From an uncultured Christensenella sp. (GTDB lineage: Bacteria; Bacillota; Clostridia; Christensenellales; UBA1242), in NCBI GenBank assembly GCA_949293905.1, contig CASFFG010000002.1:12153-76152 (forward strand): a stretch of 64,000 nt of DNA. Direction: 5' to 3'. Below, piece after piece: positions 63,701 through 64,000 of the stretch. The translations under genes and the position numbers were made by a program. Within the stretch, counting starts at the first letter, position 1, and each line of letters starts with the position of its first letter. The notes beneath the pieces were generated by a model that made no database searches, was not told the DNA's origin, and saw nothing but the letters and a program-made list of their open reading frames with translations.

Positions 63701-64000
63701 TCACCTGTGATTGTGTCATATCCCACAAAATTCTTAAACGCTGTACTATTTTCTTCCAAGTCGTAACTTACATTTTCATTTGTCAATTTTTGATAAACCT
63801 TACAATTTATCTCAACATATCCATTTTCTCCCCCGTCATAGTTAGGGAAATAAATAGTTATAACATAGTCATCTATGTCAGTATCGCTGTCAAATATTAA
63901 AAGAATATTATTATATATAGATTGTTGTCTATTATATTCAAAATTGATACTGAGTTCGCCTGTTACACCTTTACCATTGCCATCTCCCGCTTCATACTGT
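54793..64000 (-). CDS. Giant GLUG-motif repeat surface protein (more than 3060 aa within the window; 5' end lies beyond the right edge)
   Basis: The ORF track starts at TTG 63786, but the frame stays open to position 64000 (...QYEAGDGNGKGVTGELSINFEYNRQQ...). There are dozens of GG(L/I)(V/I)G.N.G.I-type repeats (YFGGLVGVNEGEI, VGGIIGINSTNATL, NVGGVIGYNEG, YVGGIIGNATNSYL, YIGGLVGNNNSTGYI, VGGLAGIVRGRF, AGGIVGRNLYGYI). A Big_2-like segment is also present (VRLSVTSSNSNVVMISNSYILLRGTGYAEIRF). Confidence 0.85.
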   Translation of the reverse strand, partial: QYEAGDGNGKGVTGELSINFEYNRQQSIYNNILLIFDSDTDIDDYVITIYFPNYDGGENGYVEINCKVYQKLTNENVSYDLEENSTAFKNFVGYDTITGEAQYLFADYKADYIVASGQSLDLEIKLDEVYELVSYSYILTYDGGDNYNATDFVTVRYNGELDSNPSLSFHRGTFVDEIRYITLNIEIEVENYPNIYTVDGTVKESITIVFFVYEELQLNDISASITYDGQTVSGTRVTRYMYDSLGVYDKNLASATLNINLINPSLWNYIQSGEQTGAIGVVGNSSGTQTGEGEEGAGDGTENSVNNYFKVVWRTDSANAPLIYTETQGNNSVSLRFNTVGTISSYTCIIYATFTQFNSDPFNIMFTITVERPVLTESIQITSELNTLTENGTEYYLNLKAGEDPYTITYKSFSSEGDVTSSGIYMVVVDRYGNKNNSVSISGNSLSVRSNLVSGNNLRLIVFARDVLNVELGDLTSGYNYPTDFILNGPTSDPTKYYDAYIEIQLILSNGTESNPYAIFNAEDFWEINDSELMKSAHYMLMTNINISNTNYIGSKVIDGFTGSITTFSQDDNTQYVFTISGVVLNNTNRNLFTNFNGSITNINFNVTYEYEINSNSALNLGVIDVNNGSLLNTTLTTNGSSSSVRLNGENSTIYFGGLVGVNEGEIEYTSNSIVGVTFSGTLNITGDAIVYFGGLVGNNDGSIKGFDDASGTTTLDANASEMVGYSQISNIIFGIYLGNDGALADININSNLTNNRSAVGGIIGINSTNATLENAYVLGNIISSHSNVGGVIGYNEGISIDGVTPKVVVTTDSGSTITNVSVDSSNYNFYNITSLVKMSSTGDNVGGVTGLDEYGIYRDVHYQIQASTTTSSIVGVHYVGGIIGNATNSYLESCSVYSYRFDYSNCTEITGNADIVGQNYVAGLIGGANAGIMGGVGAGSFDTTAIVKSSANAYIKVINSGIESAGLVNSIRYPDNSVGSSILFNVAFIGKLDGRQTNELVVSNITNQIGYRMFSVNGNSLGTEPIIATDPINWNISKAQDGSDSFDADGNIWGYDASTNGGYIYIKGSDDNPIFERIPNSVTVSSKEYDGAVILDGNSIYLEYYNYYSYVEDENNNNSLTRSNRHSLYELLNFEVDPEDLENVRLSVTSSNSNVVMISNSYILLRGTGYAEIRFTSPLNNSISQTVRIYVGYPIGDRFVISKSSVDESLSINGEDVNIAKGYAEQFYTISSGERYGYEYQTNSTVNLHIEVDTALVGVIDNLSDYLNISGITFTKKVTNVDGTDVISDNIWVADLDYDIPFSITVLESVDNDAYFEFTLTPYIVVAGHRIEFENQIQFNLYTYRGASNISVDYNSLILYPNDKTSVTANITTDKALETEDEFLELVNIYLDDNIQTDLTSYITNINLGELVSETGIQKVTFDVVFPTTIDTTTRHDLDLNFTIDGVERANIGFTLLPQRINSIEIKNYIRENNSWIESDIIKSGTETDPDVYGLMVINIAPVNGYYDYLEISDITGQELIVFAQVDKDGNRLGVDLPSSDGLGIILNNTSDTNTIYVRTRISREYSSIEHTIQVRAYVRTEGVGDVLVSPPRNIIITARMMPSIVMNYIRPDGTVESTQTTRYLAIGTINDFLIYATNADNTVPTFSYTLVDNSNNELNFEDYFYTLSSSTNFYELTPREGVNMETLLGGTLTITANAVLTNENGDYDTATKSISFKFTNFVIHDVSISHSVNNGHTLYGNNNSNTNFYFYFDSNDVSFAGASGDDIEYNPDISEGSGIIYYLNQILAELNSNIGILELLEFSGFDNDNITITENVLTLLDEDDSNVLTITQNDNFTYTIRPSGLVDIDEMTLKFYLNLVDNYWEFSTEENPTNQANYSQISYNIDYELNFTDALTDHETNLVTTALEFLNMESGTGYTLGNDIVLENYTPLDVDLTYFDGNGHTITIRNFSVFTDADIQAGLFSQVYEDMLVMNLTVEYSRSRDTYNFGSYSRTSSSFDVTYYNIAQSAEVDYESVTFGGITPSNSGIITNCKVKGLVALTAPTVEAKVEDLDVSFYIGGLVGNNNSTGYITNSTSELQIFAKANIGGLAYSNAGKISSSAFNANTSSTTNPNGYGLIYAYNRTNSYNSVIEVAGFVVNNTGEISMSYVESGVNYCLINGMNYYPIGNISAKDISAGFVYNNAGTIYDSYVVMEQVGDNSNNIFSGFVSVNSSTIEKCYTMINNGNKSSSIVNMFAPSGTTGIENSYEIKSYVSGYQDGIDGLEQIEYNNRLDRTRYAGFTFGDNENAVWTMGGSLTPKLVSTLETVEYTRNEAPSGSIVTIEGVQYSQYYYGLRTIRREDEPILDNNNNIIGYTYRWIVSDNGYGEKENPILIYDLDSYQRYFIEDNMTKYFRFIADIDFSSLYASPTTSSMTFSGNIQGNNVDIDGLMIYSQEDLSSIGLFRNITVQDSSVANAVRNLDINASSLLASRTSAVGILAGIIEDYKLYNIDLSADDVVVGSNAVGGLAGIVRGRFDIETISSTVSVNSVRASTQYQYAVYKSKNNGAEVSSNIEEVYYAGSIAGILDGYDSRNYSASSTRTLVDSNYFIAEDISVSGNLTVIGDTIGSAFGMIGERVKVNNATVELTGGILYGYQYSAGLVGENRGWITSANVVSTNADIFNNSNNVNAGLVGFNMGGVIMDSQVELSILKTNTTSTAGGIVGRNLYGYIHSVDFNGELLSFYTGGIIGADYTFDTFNNRTTGVGSIDNNSKSVLPTRKEDISYNYQGRTLSQYNDLKLSLDTIQYLVDNMSDYYSYSLGAEDFSSSINYGRVLGLFVGIADNQISYADTTYAVIGNNFVINYDTSSSSIINSQVGLINDANLYTGATYDLPYSNIFKVGAGSASNNIVSGINVDYTYVTYFVGVSVGSFDSWSRRGYSAEIIVFTPSSTEIIEPILRIDLESIGTDINSDNIYEFDTYTATNLYVSGGRNSITLRGDTSNLAFDPNAINRYYGLEENETMLIFKTAGITDEGTQIGENSRVKLTDNEGLFVEEQLIFRLEITSIIEESSVEREENITITFTKLS

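Overview
This is a visibly AT-rich, gene-dense chromosomal window that looks low-GC Bacillota-like. It uses the standard genetic code, with TAA, TAG and TGA all used as stops, and most genes are on the minus strand.

Housekeeping content:
- secA
- a translationally coupled minus-strand string mrnC-rlmB-sigH-dnaX-ybaB-recR
- addB-addA, leuS, rplI, glyQS, a RidA-family gene, alr, queH and desulfoferrodoxin
- an LtaS-family enzyme and a processive GT2 glycosyltransferase
- tRNA-Ser(GCU), tRNA-Ser(GGA) and tRNA-Asn(GUU)

No CRISPR array, integrase, transposase or reverse transcriptase was seen.

Items most worth a second look:
1. Three co-oriented hairpins with compensatory changes sit in a GC-rich patch. 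They share a bidirectional terminator with tRNA-Ser(GGA) at 43780-43993.
2. Two near-identical MerR-type promoters with 19-bp spacers lie 38 kb apart. They tie a cupin gene to a merR-DUF362-truncated larC-like operon.
3. A tRNA-Ser(GCU)-flanked block encodes XRE, an ECF-like sigma factor, an anti-sigma-like protein, a secreted Cys-peptidase-like protein and an RHS protein. The RHS ORF stops where a toxin domain should begin.
4. A 793-aa membrane protein combines a coiled coil with seven C-terminal AT-hooks, in a genome whose spacers are extreme A/T-tract DNA.
5. A 1338-aa protein with a TM hairpin and a long coiled coil is coupled directly to glyQS.
6. A GLUG-repeat giant ORF of more than 3000 aa is open at the right edge.
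7. An orphan HEPN-like gene lies next to paired 50-bp palindromic repeats at the left edge.
8. Two genes, a CMD-family gene and a barstar-like gene, are each interrupted by a single in-frame TAA.

All functional calls come from hand-read motifs and recalled family signatures. No database search was run.
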